NCBI GenBank assembly: GCA_964007735.1
Contig: CAXGAI010000012.1
Coordinates: 1 to 64,000 of the forward strand
Origin: an uncultured Rhodopirellula sp.
Lineage (GTDB): Bacteria; Planctomycetota; Planctomycetia; Pirellulales; Pirellulaceae
DNA: 64,000 bases
Reading direction: 5' to 3'
The notes under the pieces were generated by a model that saw only the letters and a list, made by a program, of their open reading frames with translations, searched no databases and was not told where the DNA came from. Positions 28,511-38,878 of the stretch are shown here, one piece after another; position 1 is the stretch's first letter; each line of letters starts with the position of its first letter. The translations under genes and the position numbers were made by a program.

Positions 28511-29389
28511 TTACTCTTCAGCGGGTGCTTCAGGAGTAGCTTCTTCGGCGGGTGCTTCAGGAGTAGCTTCTTCAACACTTGCTTCTTCAGCGGGTGCTTC
28601 AGGAGAAGCTTCTTCGGCAGGTGCTTCTGCAGCAGGTTGAACAGACGGTACAGTCGCCGGAGTGGCATCAACGGCAGGTGCGGGCGTTTCTTCATCCGTC
28701 GGAGCCATTCCGGTTTTACCTTCGATAATAGCATCTGCAAGGTGCTTGAAGATCAACTCGATACTTCGCAGACCGTCATCGTTACCGGGGATTGGCAGAT
28801 CAACAGAATCAGGATCGCAATCAGTATCAATCAGAGCGATTGTGGCGAGACCTAGTGCTTTAGCTTCGCGAATTGCATTCTTCTCTTTATTAGGATCTAC
28901 GACGACAAGGCATTCAGGCATCCGATTCATCGTTCGAATACCGTTCAGGTTGCGGTACATCTTGCGGAATTCGCGATTCAGTGAAGACTGCATCTTCTTA
29001 GAGTATTGGTTAATTTCGTCGCTTGCTCGCAATGCTTCCAGTTCTTCCAGGCGACTAAGACGGTTACGGATAGTTCGGAAGTTGGTGAGTGTACCCCCAA
29101 GCCAACGTTCCGAGACGAAAGGCATGCCACAGCGGCCAGCTTCACGTTCAATGATGCCGCTCGCCTGACGTTTAGTACCTGCAAAAAGGATCAGGCTGCC
29201 ACCTTCAGCGACTCGCTTGAGATATTTCTTAGCTCGCAATAAACCGCGGACGGTTTCACGAATATCCATTACGTGGATTTGATTCTTTTTCGCGTAGATG
29301 TATGGGGCCATCTTCGGATTCCAGCGACTTGTGCGGTGACCGAAGTGCACTCCTGCGGTGATGAGGTCTTTGACCAGATTCTCAGCCAT
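28511..29389 (-). CDS. rpsB: 30S ribosomal protein S2 with acidic repetitive tail
   Basis: [35 protein letters not shown]. Confidence 0.98.
   Translation of the reverse strand: MAENLVKDLITAGVHFGHRTSRWNPKMAPYIYAKKNQIHVMDIRETVRGLLRAKKYLKRVAEGGSLILFAGTKRQASGIIEREAGRCGMPFVSERWLGGTLTNFRTIRNRLSRLEELEALRASDEINQYSKKMQSSLNREFRKMYRNLNGIRTMNRMPECLVVVDPNKEKNAIREAKALGLATIALIDTDCDPDSVDLPIPGNDDGLRSIELIFKHLADAIIEGKTGMAPTDEETPAPAVDATPATVPSVQPAAEAPAEEASPEAPAEEASVEEATPEAPAEEATPEAPAEE
28514..28630 (-). repeat. Imperfect 27-nt coding tandem repeat (TPEAPAEEA units) in the rpsB 3' end
   Basis: ttcttc(a/g)gcgggtgcttcaggag(t/a)agc occurs about three times plus partial copies. Confidence 0.85.
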
Positions 29390-29899
29390 ATCTTTTATTC
29401 CTTCTATACTTTGGATTCAGACGATAATACGGACGGTCTTTGGCTTTACGACTCTTCAGGTTTAAACCTGAACCGTATTACAGGGGTTCCCTTGGCCTGA
29501 TAACCATAAGGTATTGATTACTCGATTAATTCTGGTTTCCTTTAAACCAGAGAAAACTAAAAGAGTAATCCCTAAATTTACACGCGGCTTCGGCTTCGGT
29601 CAATCGACCAAACCGTTTAAAGGAGTTGTTAAAACGGTCGTGCATTGTGACTGCAAGCAGCTTGGATCAGCACAATCTTGGCAAAACTAATCTTGTTGGT
29701 AGTTCCTACGGCTTTATAGGCTGCTCTTTTTTACCTGAGAAAACCGCTCCGTCGGGGGACCCTAGATACTTGACCATGGCCAACCATCAATCCACAATGG
29801 CTTGTTTGTGCAAATATTTCAGGGAACGTCTTATCAGGATAACTGGTTTGGCGTGCACATACCCAATTTTATCAAGCTAGTATTAGAGGGAGAAGCACT

Positions 29900-31213
29900 G
29901 TGCCGGGCACCTGTGTGATTGGTTTGCAGTGGGGCGATGAGGCTAAAGGAAAACTCGTCGACCTGTTAACTCCGAATTTTGATATCGTTTGCCGCTATCA
30001 GGGTGGGTCCAATGCCGGACATACCGTGGTAACTGGTGATAAAGTTTATAAACTGCACCTTATTCCAAGTGGAATTCTCAATTCGGATACGATGAACATC
30101 ATCGCTCCTGGAGTGGTACTGAATCCAGGTACGATCATTCAAGAGCTTGAAGGTCTCCATGCCAAAGGGATCACTGCTGACAATCTGATGATTAGCGAAA
30201 GAGTTCACGTGGTCTTTCCATGGCATATTGCTGAAGACAGGGCATTAAATGCCAAGAAGGTTAAAGGCGAATCGATTGGTACAACCCTTCGGGGGATTGG
30301 TCCCTGCTACCGTGACAAAGTGGGACGCTCGTTTGCCATTCGATTGGCAGACATGCTGCGGGATGATTTTGCAGATCGTGTTGCGTCAATTGTGGAGGCC
30401 AAAAATGGCATGTTGGCACCGATTGCCGGCGACGAATTTGAGCCACTCGACGCAGCGGCGATTATTGAAGAGTACCGTGCCTATGCAGAAGTTTTACGTC
30501 CATTGGTAGCAGATACCACCAACTACCTGCTTGATGCGGTCGATGATTCGAAGACGATCCTATTTGAAGGTGCTCAAGGTTCTCTGCTTGATATTGACCA
30601 TGGTACATTTCCGTTTGTGACGAGTTCCAATTCGTCCGGCGTGGGAATCTCTTCAGGTTCTGGTGTGCCAGCACGGTCGATTAATAAAGTGATCGGTGTG
30701 ATCAAGGCTTACAGTACTCGCGTTGGAGGAGGCCCGTTCCCCACGGAGCAGGAAAACGAAATCGGCCAACAAATCCGCGATTTAGGCAATGAATATGGGA
30801 CGACTACCGGTCGTCCACGACGTTGTGGCTGGTTCGATGCAGTTGCCGTTCGCTACACGGCTCGGCTTAGTGGCGTCAGCGCACTTTCGCTCATGATGAT
30901 GGACGTGGTCTCAATGCTTTCCGAAGTGAAAATCTGTGTGGCTTATGAGTTGGATGGTGAAAGGATCACTCACTTTCCTAGTGATGCTGATGATCTTCGT
31001 CGTGTACAGCCCATCTACGAGACCTTCGAAGGTTGGAACACAGACCTCACGCAGGCAACCAGTTACGATGAATTTCCTGACGCAGCAAAGGCTTATATCG
31101 ACCGTGTGAGCGAATTGATTGGTGTTCCCGTTGAAGTAGCATCTGTTGGTCCTGACCGTGCCCAGACAATTGTCTTAGCCGAATCCGTTAACGCTTTGGC
31201 AGGCCTATCCTAA
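29900..31213 (+). CDS. purA: Adenylosuccinate synthetase
   Basis: [36 protein letters not shown]. Confidence 0.98.
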   Translation: MPGTCVIGLQWGDEAKGKLVDLLTPNFDIVCRYQGGSNAGHTVVTGDKVYKLHLIPSGILNSDTMNIIAPGVVLNPGTIIQELEGLHAKGITADNLMISERVHVVFPWHIAEDRALNAKKVKGESIGTTLRGIGPCYRDKVGRSFAIRLADMLRDDFADRVASIVEAKNGMLAPIAGDEFEPLDAAAIIEEYRAYAEVLRPLVADTTNYLLDAVDDSKTILFEGAQGSLLDIDHGTFPFVTSSNSSGVGISSGSGVPARSINKVIGVIKAYSTRVGGGPFPTEQENEIGQQIRDLGNEYGTTTGRPRRCGWFDAVAVRYTARLSGVSALSLMMMDVVSMLSEVKICVAYELDGERITHFPSDADDLRRVQPIYETFEGWNTDLTQATSYDEFPDAAKAYIDRVSELIGVPVEVASVGPDRAQTIVLAESVNALAGLS

Positions 31214-31581
31214 GTTGGCATATTGCTGCTTGGCGAATTTAGATGGTTGTCGTCTTGGTATTTATGAAGGGATCAAGTTATGCGCAGAACAGCATAAACT
31301 TCCTTCATATTGAAGTTTGGAACGTTAATTCGACGAATCCGGTAGGATGAGTGTTTGGCCTCTCTCTTTAAAAAAAACCTCGGAATCGTCTTCGGTAAAG
31401 CTTTGCGTTGCAGGCCTTTGGAAGTATTTTCTGCTCAGACAGGAACATCAACTTTCAGTACATTCCCGGCGTATCGGCTGGTATGCCCTTGAGTTATCCT
31501 TTGAATCTAAATGATAATATCGGTAGCGTGAGTAATAGCTCATTCAGTTTGCGTCCGTATTGCTTCTTTTTATTCAACTTT

Positions 31582-32355
31582 ATGTCGACCAGTATTCCAG
31601 AACGATCGTCTGCTGAGGCCAGTGATTCAGACTGCGACCCACAACAGAATATGCCCCGACATATCGCGATCATTATGGATGGCAACGGTCGCTGGGCTGA
31701 GCAACGAGAATTGCCGCGGATTGAAGGCCATCGCAATGGAGTCAGCAGTGTCCGTCGTACCGTCGAGGAATGTGCCCGGCTTGATATAGAACAGTTAACT
31801 CTCTTTTGCCTTTCAAGTGAAAACTGGAAGCGACCCTCCCACGAGCTCGATTTCCTCATGCATCTGCTTGAGCAGTACATGATTGAAGAACGGGCTTTGC
31901 TGCTGGAGCAGGGTATACAGGTTCAGGTTATTGGAAGACGAGACGGGATTCCTGTTCGTGTTCTTAATGAGATTAATAAAACGATCGAGATGACGTCGGA
32001 AAACAAAGGGACGACGCTTTGTCTGGCAATTAATTACGGCGGTCGAGGTGAAATATCAGATGCCGTTCAGAAGATTGCCCGGCGAATAGAAAGAGGCGAA
32101 CTTTCAGCAGAACAGGTTGACGAAAAATTGATTGCAGCGAATCTCTATACTTCCGGTATGCCGGATCCCGACTTGTTGATCCGCACTAGTGGTGAAATGC
32201 GTATCAGTAACTTCCTGCTATGGCAAATTAGCTATTCGGAATTGTGGGTCACAGATAAATATTGGCCCGATTTTGAAGAGGGTGACCTGCATCAGGCCAT
32301 GGAGATTTTCGCAACCAGAAATCGTCGCTTTGGCGGACTCACGTCATTAACATAA
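31582..32355 (+). CDS. uppS: Isoprenyl transferase (undecaprenyl diphosphate synthase)
   Basis: HIAIIMDGNGRWA, SSENWKRP, NYGGR, RTSGEMRISNFLLWQ; start placed at MSTSIP. Confidence 0.96.
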   Translation: MSTSIPERSSAEASDSDCDPQQNMPRHIAIIMDGNGRWAEQRELPRIEGHRNGVSSVRRTVEECARLDIEQLTLFCLSSENWKRPSHELDFLMHLLEQYMIEERALLLEQGIQVQVIGRRDGIPVRVLNEINKTIEMTSENKGTTLCLAINYGGRGEISDAVQKIARRIERGELSAEQVDEKLIAANLYTSGMPDPDLLIRTSGEMRISNFLLWQISYSELWVTDKYWPDFEEGDLHQAMEIFATRNRRFGGLTSLT

Positions 32356-32368
32356 TTAGGATCCAACC

Positions 32369-33334
32369 GTGCTACACAAACGACTTGCAGCTTCGGCTGT
32401 TATTCTGACTGCCCTAGGCATTCTTCTGCATTTTGATTTTCATCATCCGTTGATGGGTGTTGGCGGTTTGCTGCTCTTGCCGCTTTTGCTCGTGATTGCG
32501 CTGATGGCGACTACTGAGCTTGGCGAGATGCTCATCAAAGGTGGTCTGGAGCTACGGCTTAAACATGTTTTGGTCAGTGTGGCCTTGGTTCATTGTCTGA
32601 CATTTATTCCCTCATTAATGGATGCTTTTAGTTCTTCAGGCTATCCGGGCGATTGTCCGGTTGGTCGAGTTGGATGGATTGGCGTGGGGTCGGTGTTAGC
32701 CATGTGCTGGCTGTTCTTTGTTGAAATGAAACACTTCAAGGAACCTGGCGGAGCTATTCAACGTTTGGCTAATGGGATGCTCGTCGTGGCATATACCGGC
32801 ACAGCGATGAGTTTTCTCACCGTGTTACGCACATTACAGGTTAGTGAAACTGGGTACGATTCTGCCTGGGGAATGTGTGCAATTATCTCCGTTATCGTAA
32901 TTACAAAATGTGGTGACAGCGGGGCTTACTTTACCGGGAAGTCAGTAGGTAAGCATAAGATGTCACCGATTCTTAGTCCTAAGAAGACGATCGAGGGTGC
33001 TGTCGGCGCATTCGTCTGTGGAATGGGAGCTGCGATTGTCTTCGGAAGATGGGTAGTACCAGCCATTCTAGCGATGGTGGTGGATGCTGATGTTGCGGGA
33101 ACCTCAGCGGAGGTGGGGCCTATGTGGGCATGGGCTCTTTATGGCCTGATGATTACGGCTGCTGGTATGGTTGGCGACCTGGCCGAGTCATTGATTAAGC
33201 GTGATTCACAAGTCAAGGATTCTAGTTCCTGGGTGCCTGGGCTTGGAGGCGTCCTCGATATCATGGATTCCATTACCTTCTCACTGGTCCCCGCCTATTT
33301 GTTCTGGGTTTCAAACTGGCTGACAGTCAGCTAA
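32369..33334 (+). CDS. cdsA: Phosphatidate cytidylyltransferase
   Basis: DSGAYFTGK, SPKKTIEG, GDLAESLIKR, KDSS..PGLGGVLDIMDS. Confidence 0.95.
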   Translation: MLHKRLAASAVILTALGILLHFDFHHPLMGVGGLLLLPLLLVIALMATTELGEMLIKGGLELRLKHVLVSVALVHCLTFIPSLMDAFSSSGYPGDCPVGRVGWIGVGSVLAMCWLFFVEMKHFKEPGGAIQRLANGMLVVAYTGTAMSFLTVLRTLQVSETGYDSAWGMCAIISVIVITKCGDSGAYFTGKSVGKHKMSPILSPKKTIEGAVGAFVCGMGAAIVFGRWVVPAILAMVVDADVAGTSAEVGPMWAWALYGLMITAAGMVGDLAESLIKRDSQVKDSSSWVPGLGGVLDIMDSITFSLVPAYLFWVSNWLTVS

Positions 33335-33564
33335 AGATTCGTTTGGGAAGTGATTTCGAAAGAGAATCTTTTCATCTTGTGGGACCCTGGTTTCAGCATT
33401 TGGGACTGGAATAATCGATATAAACGGTACGCTGGATGACTTCTGCGCCATATTTCGTAGACAGATTCCATGCAAAAGGTATAGGGCTTGAGGTATAGTT
33501 AACAAGCGAAGGGACAGCCGGACTACCGCAGGTTCCTATTCAAAATACTTTTCAGTTCTATTCT

Positions 33565-34527
33565 ATGATTGAAGCCACTCTTCCGTTTCCTCGACAACAA
33601 GATCTGCTCGTTCTTTTTGGAGCCAAAGATCAACATCTTCGCCTGCTGCGGGATCAGCTGCGCGTCAACGTCACTCACGGTGACGGTGCACTCGTTGTTC
33701 GCGGTGATGAGGACAATGTTCATAAGGCAACAGACATCCTTGAACAGTTAAAAGACATTGTTCAGCGAAGTGGTGAGTTATCATTTGACGAAGCTAAACG
33801 CGTGGTAGATCGGGTTACCGGTGTTTTTGGCGAATATATGGATACTGAAATCGATGTGATGACAGCCAGTCAGCCGATCGTTCCACGGACGGCAGGCCAG
33901 GCCAGATATATCAGCGCGATCCGACAGAACGATCTCGTTTTTGCGCTTGGGCCTGCCGGGACAGGCAAAACATTTCTGGCAGTTGCTTTGGCGGTCGAAG
34001 CTTTAAAGCACAATCAGATTCGTAAGATCGTCTTAGTACGTCCCGCAGTAGAGGCTGGTGAGAGTCTGGGATTTCTGCCGGGAGATATGCATGCCAAGAT
34101 TAACCCCTATTTGAGGCCGCTGTTAGATTCATTGCACAGTATGATTGATTTCGATGTGATCCAGCAATATATGGAGAAGGACGTCATTGAAGTTGTGCCT
34201 TTGGCATACATGCGTGGGCGCACGCTTGACGAAGCATTCATTATTCTGGATGAAGCTCAAAATGCGACGATCAGTCAGATGAAGATGTTCCTGACTCGAA
34301 TGGGAGCGAAGTCGAAAATCGTCGTCTCCGGTGACGGTACGCAAGTCGACCTCCCATCCAATATAAAAAGTGGTTTGCTTGATGCCACGCGTCGGTTGGC
34401 AAAGATCAAAGGAGTGGCTACGGTGCGACTTGCTGTCTCTGATATTGTTCGTCATCGCCTCGTCCAGGAAATTGTGGATGCCTATGAACCCGTCGATAAT
34501 CGCGATAGAAAGGCGAATAGCAAATAA
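33565..34527 (+). CDS. phoH: PhoH family ATPase
   Basis: GPAGTGKT, RPAVEAGESLGFLPG, PLAYMRGRTL, LDEAQN. Confidence 0.96.
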   Translation: MIEATLPFPRQQDLLVLFGAKDQHLRLLRDQLRVNVTHGDGALVVRGDEDNVHKATDILEQLKDIVQRSGELSFDEAKRVVDRVTGVFGEYMDTEIDVMTASQPIVPRTAGQARYISAIRQNDLVFALGPAGTGKTFLAVALAVEALKHNQIRKIVLVRPAVEAGESLGFLPGDMHAKINPYLRPLLDSLHSMIDFDVIQQYMEKDVIEVVPLAYMRGRTLDEAFIILDEAQNATISQMKMFLTRMGAKSKIVVSGDGTQVDLPSNIKSGLLDATRRLAKIKGVATVRLAVSDIVRHRLVQEIVDAYEPVDNRDRKANSK

Positions 34528-34536
34528 GTAACGACC

Positions 34537-36918
34537 ATGGCTAGCGGTTCTTCCAGAAAATCTCGATCAACTCGGGCTGATTCTTTTCAGCTCTCCAACC
34601 GACAGCTGCGCGAAGTGGTTATTGAGTCGTTAAGTAATGGAAAAAACTGGGGCCATATTCTTTTAAGTCTGGTGGCAGCCCTTTTGATGTGGGGTATTAC
34701 TCAGGGCTGGACTACTCCTTTTCAATATCGCATCGGTTTTATCCCCGAACGAGATGTTGTGGCCGCAGTTTCTTTTGAGGTTGAAGATGAGATTGGTACG
34801 GTCGTGCAGCAGCGCCGTGCTGTGGCAGAAACGCTTTGTATTTATAAGAACGACACATATCAGCTTGATAAACAACAGGAAAATATAGAGCTGGCGGTTG
34901 ATGATTTGCTGGCAGCAGAATCCTGGGAAACAGCGCCTAGAGAACACTGGGAGAAATTTCTGCCAATAGATAAGGCAACTGCAGACGGTGAATCAGGTAC
35001 CGTGGAGTTGGATTTGCTGGAGCAATCTAAAGATGACTACGCCCGCTTCTGTCGGTTGCTGGCTGAAGAATCGACTCGAGAAAGTCTCAAAGCTGCGCTC
35101 GGCCAAGTTTATCGGCCTTGGATTGAAAACGGAGTTCTGGCGACCCTAGGACACTCAGAAGAAGAGGGGCGGCTGGATTCCATTCAGATCAATGGTGAAA
35201 ATAATACAACGGACGTAATCGTTGATGTGTCTGATGTCAGACAAAGTGAGATTGTTCGTACACTCTCAGACAGATTGGCTGCGGCCTTGCAGCAAATGAA
35301 TTTGGAAGCGTCCGATGCCGATTTTCTGGTTAACAAAATCGAAAGCTGGATTCGTAATGCGGGTATTCCGGCAACGTTGACAATTGATAATGCCCTCAGC
35401 ATGAAGCGGCGGCAGAACGAACGTGAGAGCGTGCCTCCGCAGTTTAGGAATTATCAACCCGGCCAAAAGCTGGCTAGTGTAGGTGAGCCGTTACAGGCAG
35501 CAGAAATCGCGTTACTGCGGGAAGAATACGAAGCTCGATATAACACCCAGATGTTGGAAATCAGCCGACTGCTAGGGTTTAGCGTTGCCAGCTTCGGAAT
35601 GTTTCTTGCGGGTTTTCTGTTATGCGGTGTTTATTTAGCTGTTTATGAACGCAAAGTTGTCAGTGACACTGCGAGCTTGATTCGCCTGTTGGCGCTGTCA
35701 ACGATTGTGGTGCTCTTAGCAACAGCTACGGCAAATGATACCTGGCGAGCTGAACTGATCCCTCTGGCGATGTATGCCATGATTCTTACGATTGCCTTTC
35801 GACGTGAGTCCGCCTTGTTGGTGGCTTCGGCGATTTCAATTGTAGTCTCGATAGCTAACGGAAACTCACTGCCGGGGTTCATTATCATCTTTTCAGCAGT
35901 CGCTGCGTCCTGCCTGCTGATGGGACGCGTTCGATCGCGTTTGAGGTTAATCACAGTGGGGCTCGGAGCTGGAGTAATAACCTTAGCGACGACACTTGGA
36001 ATCAGTACTTTGGCAGGTCAGACGTTTGGCTCCACGGGCCTTGAATTCTGGGATCAGTTACTGAATCGAGATGCCTCTGAAGTGAACTACGTCACCAATC
36101 TCCTGCAGGGAGCCGGCTGGTACGGAATTTGTGTTGTGCTGGCAGGATTCTTTATGACTGGCCTATTGCCAATAATTGAATGGATCTTTGGCGTCCAAAC
36201 CGATATCAGTTTGCTGGAACTTGGAGATCCGGCTCACCCGTTACTGCAAGAATTGAAGAATCGTGCTCCGGGGACGTTTACGCATTCACTTAATGTGGGG
36301 ATGCTGTCAGAACCGGCTGCTGAGGCGATAGGTGCTAACGGATTATTGTGTCGTGTGGGAGCTTACTTCCACGACATCGGAAAAATGTTCAAACCCGAGT
36401 ATTTTGCTGAGAACCAAGATGTAAATCGCCACGAACAATTACTTCCTTCCATGAGCCGTCTGGTGATTATTTCTCATGTCAAAGATGGAGCGGATCTTGG
36501 CCGTAAACACCACCTGCCGTCGTCCTTTGTTGATCTGATCGAACAGCATCATGGTACGACACTGGTCGAATATTTCTATCATCAGGCAAAGACCTCCGAG
36601 ACGGACGTGGAAGAATCAGACTACCGATATCCGGGGCCTAAGCCTCAGTCACGTGAAGCTGCTGTCATGATGCTTGCTGATGCGGTTGAAAGTGCCAGTC
36701 GCACACTTGATGAACCGGCACCAGCTCGAGTGGAACATCTGGTGAATGAACTTGCTATGAAACGTTTACTGGACGGCCAGTTCGATGAATGTGGACTGAC
36801 GTTGTCGGAATTGCGGACCATTCAGCAATCGTTAGTGAAGTCCCTGCTGGCATTGTTGCACAAACGCGTGGAGTATCCTGAAGATACTGAAACGAAGAAA
36901 CTGACTCACGTAGGATAA
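34537..36918 (+). CDS. 7TM receptor with intracellular HD hydrolase (PgpH-like)
   Basis: TM helix, large extracytoplasmic domain, 7 TM helices; APGTFTHS, YFHDIGK, IISHV, QHHGT, YPGPKP, MLADAVE. Confidence 0.9.
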   Translation: MASGSSRKSRSTRADSFQLSNRQLREVVIESLSNGKNWGHILLSLVAALLMWGITQGWTTPFQYRIGFIPERDVVAAVSFEVEDEIGTVVQQRRAVAETLCIYKNDTYQLDKQQENIELAVDDLLAAESWETAPREHWEKFLPIDKATADGESGTVELDLLEQSKDDYARFCRLLAEESTRESLKAALGQVYRPWIENGVLATLGHSEEEGRLDSIQINGENNTTDVIVDVSDVRQSEIVRTLSDRLAAALQQMNLEASDADFLVNKIESWIRNAGIPATLTIDNALSMKRRQNERESVPPQFRNYQPGQKLASVGEPLQAAEIALLREEYEARYNTQMLEISRLLGFSVASFGMFLAGFLLCGVYLAVYERKVVSDTASLIRLLALSTIVVLLATATANDTWRAELIPLAMYAMILTIAFRRESALLVASAISIVVSIANGNSLPGFIIIFSAVAASCLLMGRVRSRLRLITVGLGAGVITLATTLGISTLAGQTFGSTGLEFWDQLLNRDASEVNYVTNLLQGAGWYGICVVLAGFFMTGLLPIIEWIFGVQTDISLLELGDPAHPLLQELKNRAPGTFTHSLNVGMLSEPAAEAIGANGLLCRVGAYFHDIGKMFKPEYFAENQDVNRHEQLLPSMSRLVIISHVKDGADLGRKHHLPSSFVDLIEQHHGTTLVEYFYHQAKTSETDVEESDYRYPGPKPQSREAAVMMLADAVESASRTLDEPAPARVEHLVNELAMKRLLDGQFDECGLTLSELRTIQQSLVKSLLALLHKRVEYPEDTETKKLTHVG

Positions 36919-36970
36919 TCGACCTGCGGGATTTGTAAGATGACGTGTGGAACATTATGGAGCCAATACA

Positions 36971-37417
36971 ATGCTCTCTGTCTTGATCACCAACGAACAA
37001 TCTAACTATGAAATAGCTGCAGATCGTATCGAGCAGGCAGTCAAGCAGGTGGTTGAAGAGGCTGGGATTGTCACGGGTGATGTTAGTGTCGCTGTTGTCG
37101 ATGACCGGACAATCCACGAGCTCAACATTCAATATTTAAATCATGACTATCCAACGGATGTTCTTAGTTTCGTTCTGGAATATGCCGAGGAACACCTCGA
37201 GGGTGAGATTGTTGTCAGTGTCGACATGGCCGTGGATTTAGCGAAGGACTACGGTTGGGATTGGCAGAACGAATTGTTGCTTTATGTCATTCACGGCAGT
37301 CTCCATCTGGTTGGATATGACGACAAGAATCCGGAAGCAAAGGTGGGCATGCAGGAAGCTGAACGGCGTCATTTAAAGAGATTTGGTATCAAACATCGGA
37401 TTGAGCCCGTGGAATAA
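36971..37417 (+). CDS. ybeY: rRNA maturation endoribonuclease YbeY
   Basis: LN..Y..HDYPTDVLSF; IHGSLHLVGYDD. Confidence 0.95.
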   Translation: MLSVLITNEQSNYEIAADRIEQAVKQVVEEAGIVTGDVSVAVVDDRTIHELNIQYLNHDYPTDVLSFVLEYAEEHLEGEIVVSVDMAVDLAKDYGWDWQNELLLYVIHGSLHLVGYDDKNPEAKVGMQEAERRHLKRFGIKHRIEPVE

Positions 37418-37496
37418 TTGCTTCTTTATAAGTGATTCTTTTTCGGTATCTCTCGTATAATGACACCGACGTAAAATCTCACTTTTCCTTTGTAAG

Positions 37497-38849
37497 GTGT
37501 TTAGCATCGTGCTTTCGATAAGCACATTAGTACTTTTATCTTGGGTGGCAACCGTGCTAGTTGCCATTGGCGCGATAGGTTCGAAGATCTTCGATGACTA
37601 TTCCCGCTCAGAGTTAAAGCAGTATTGTCGCCAGCGTGGTAACGTCGAATTTTTTAATTTGGTACGGGACCGTTATCAAAACATCTCTTTGGCTTCTGAA
37701 ACGTTAGTCGCTATTGCCGGTAGTGTTGCTGTGGTGAGTTTGGCCCTCACGGTGATCGCTCATTCGGCAACAGGCGTTGAGCAAGCTCAACGAGGAATGA
37801 TTCAGGGACTGCTTGAAGTTGGATTGCCGGATGGAAACGGTGAATTTGTCTCTGCGCAGGTTTGGACCTCTGTGGTCACGATTGCGATTAGCCTCTTGCT
37901 GTTAGGGGTTTGGCTTCCCCGTGCACTCGTATCGGTTTGGTCTTCTCATATCATCTACCATACGTGGACGTTCTGGGTAAGTATCACAAGGTTGATGACC
38001 CCGTTTACACTCGGCGTGCGTTTGGTGGGTGGTTTGGCCTGGAGACTTTCAGGGCGTGAGCGAAAGAACGACGACGAAGCTTTGGAAGATGAAATTCGGT
38101 CTATTGTGACAGCTGGTATGCGGGACGGCCTGCTTGAAGAAGACGAGTGGGATATGATCGAAGGTGTGATGGAGCTGGATAATGTCGATGTCCGGGATAT
38201 CATGACTCCACGTAGTGAAATCGATGCTCTCCAGCTTGATTCGGATTGGTCTGATGTGCTTGAATTGTTTGAACGAGTGCGGCGAACTCGAATCCCCGTC
38301 TATGATCAATCCCTTGATAACTGTGTGGGCATTCTCTATGTCAAAGATTTACTCACGGTGTTTGCTAAGCCAGGAGGGGCTGAAATGACTACCGTGCAGG
38401 AACTTCTGCGTCCTGCTGAGTTTGTACCGGCATCGAAAGCGGTGGACGCATTACTACGAGGGTTTCAAAAAGATCGAATTCATTTGGCATTGGTCGTCGA
38501 CGAATTTAATGCGGTGGTTGGATTAGTAACCATTGAGGATGCGTTAGAGGAGATCGTGGGCGAAATCATTGATGAAGATGATGATTTGCCAGAGGAAATA
38601 TTTGTATTGCCAGACGGGTCTTTCGAAGCATTAGGCAAAGCACATATTGATGCGATCAACGGGATGTTGGGAATGCAGTTGCCTGAAAGTGATGAAGTTG
38701 ATACTGTCGCCGGTTTGGTAATTCACCATTTGGGATATATACCGGAAGTTGGGCAGCAGATTGAAATTGCCGGTACTTATATTGCGGTGATTCAAGCTAC
38801 GAAACGACGTATAGAACGAGTCCGTTTGACAATGGTAAACGAAGCTTGA
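37497..38849 (+). CDS. HlyC/CorC (CNNM) family transporter: TM domain, CBS pair, CorC domain
   Basis: VRDIMTPR, RIPVY, LVVDEF...GLVTIEDALEEIVGEI, DTVAGLV. Confidence 0.92.
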   Translation: MFSIVLSISTLVLLSWVATVLVAIGAIGSKIFDDYSRSELKQYCRQRGNVEFFNLVRDRYQNISLASETLVAIAGSVAVVSLALTVIAHSATGVEQAQRGMIQGLLEVGLPDGNGEFVSAQVWTSVVTIAISLLLLGVWLPRALVSVWSSHIIYHTWTFWVSITRLMTPFTLGVRLVGGLAWRLSGRERKNDDEALEDEIRSIVTAGMRDGLLEEDEWDMIEGVMELDNVDVRDIMTPRSEIDALQLDSDWSDVLELFERVRRTRIPVYDQSLDNCVGILYVKDLLTVFAKPGGAEMTTVQELLRPAEFVPASKAVDALLRGFQKDRIHLALVVDEFNAVVGLVTIEDALEEIVGEIIDEDDDLPEEIFVLPDGSFEALGKAHIDAINGMLGMQLPESDEVDTVAGLVIHHLGYIPEVGQQIEIAGTYIAVIQATKRRIERVRLTMVNEA

Positions 38850-38878
38850 TTTCGGCTGCTTTGGGGTAATTTAAGACG

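Noticed and set aside
28429..28740. Repeat region as a CRISPR array or separate Lys/Leu-rich ORF
   Set aside because: Repeats are contiguous, in frame with rpsB and have no unique spacers; no cas genes.
29626..29880. 84-aa ORF upstream of purA
   Set aside because: TTG start, no recognisable motif; lies in the divergent promoter region.
33335..33564. Possible c-di-AMP (ydaO) riboswitch upstream of phoH and the HD gene
   Set aside because: Conserved ydaO sequence blocks are not present.
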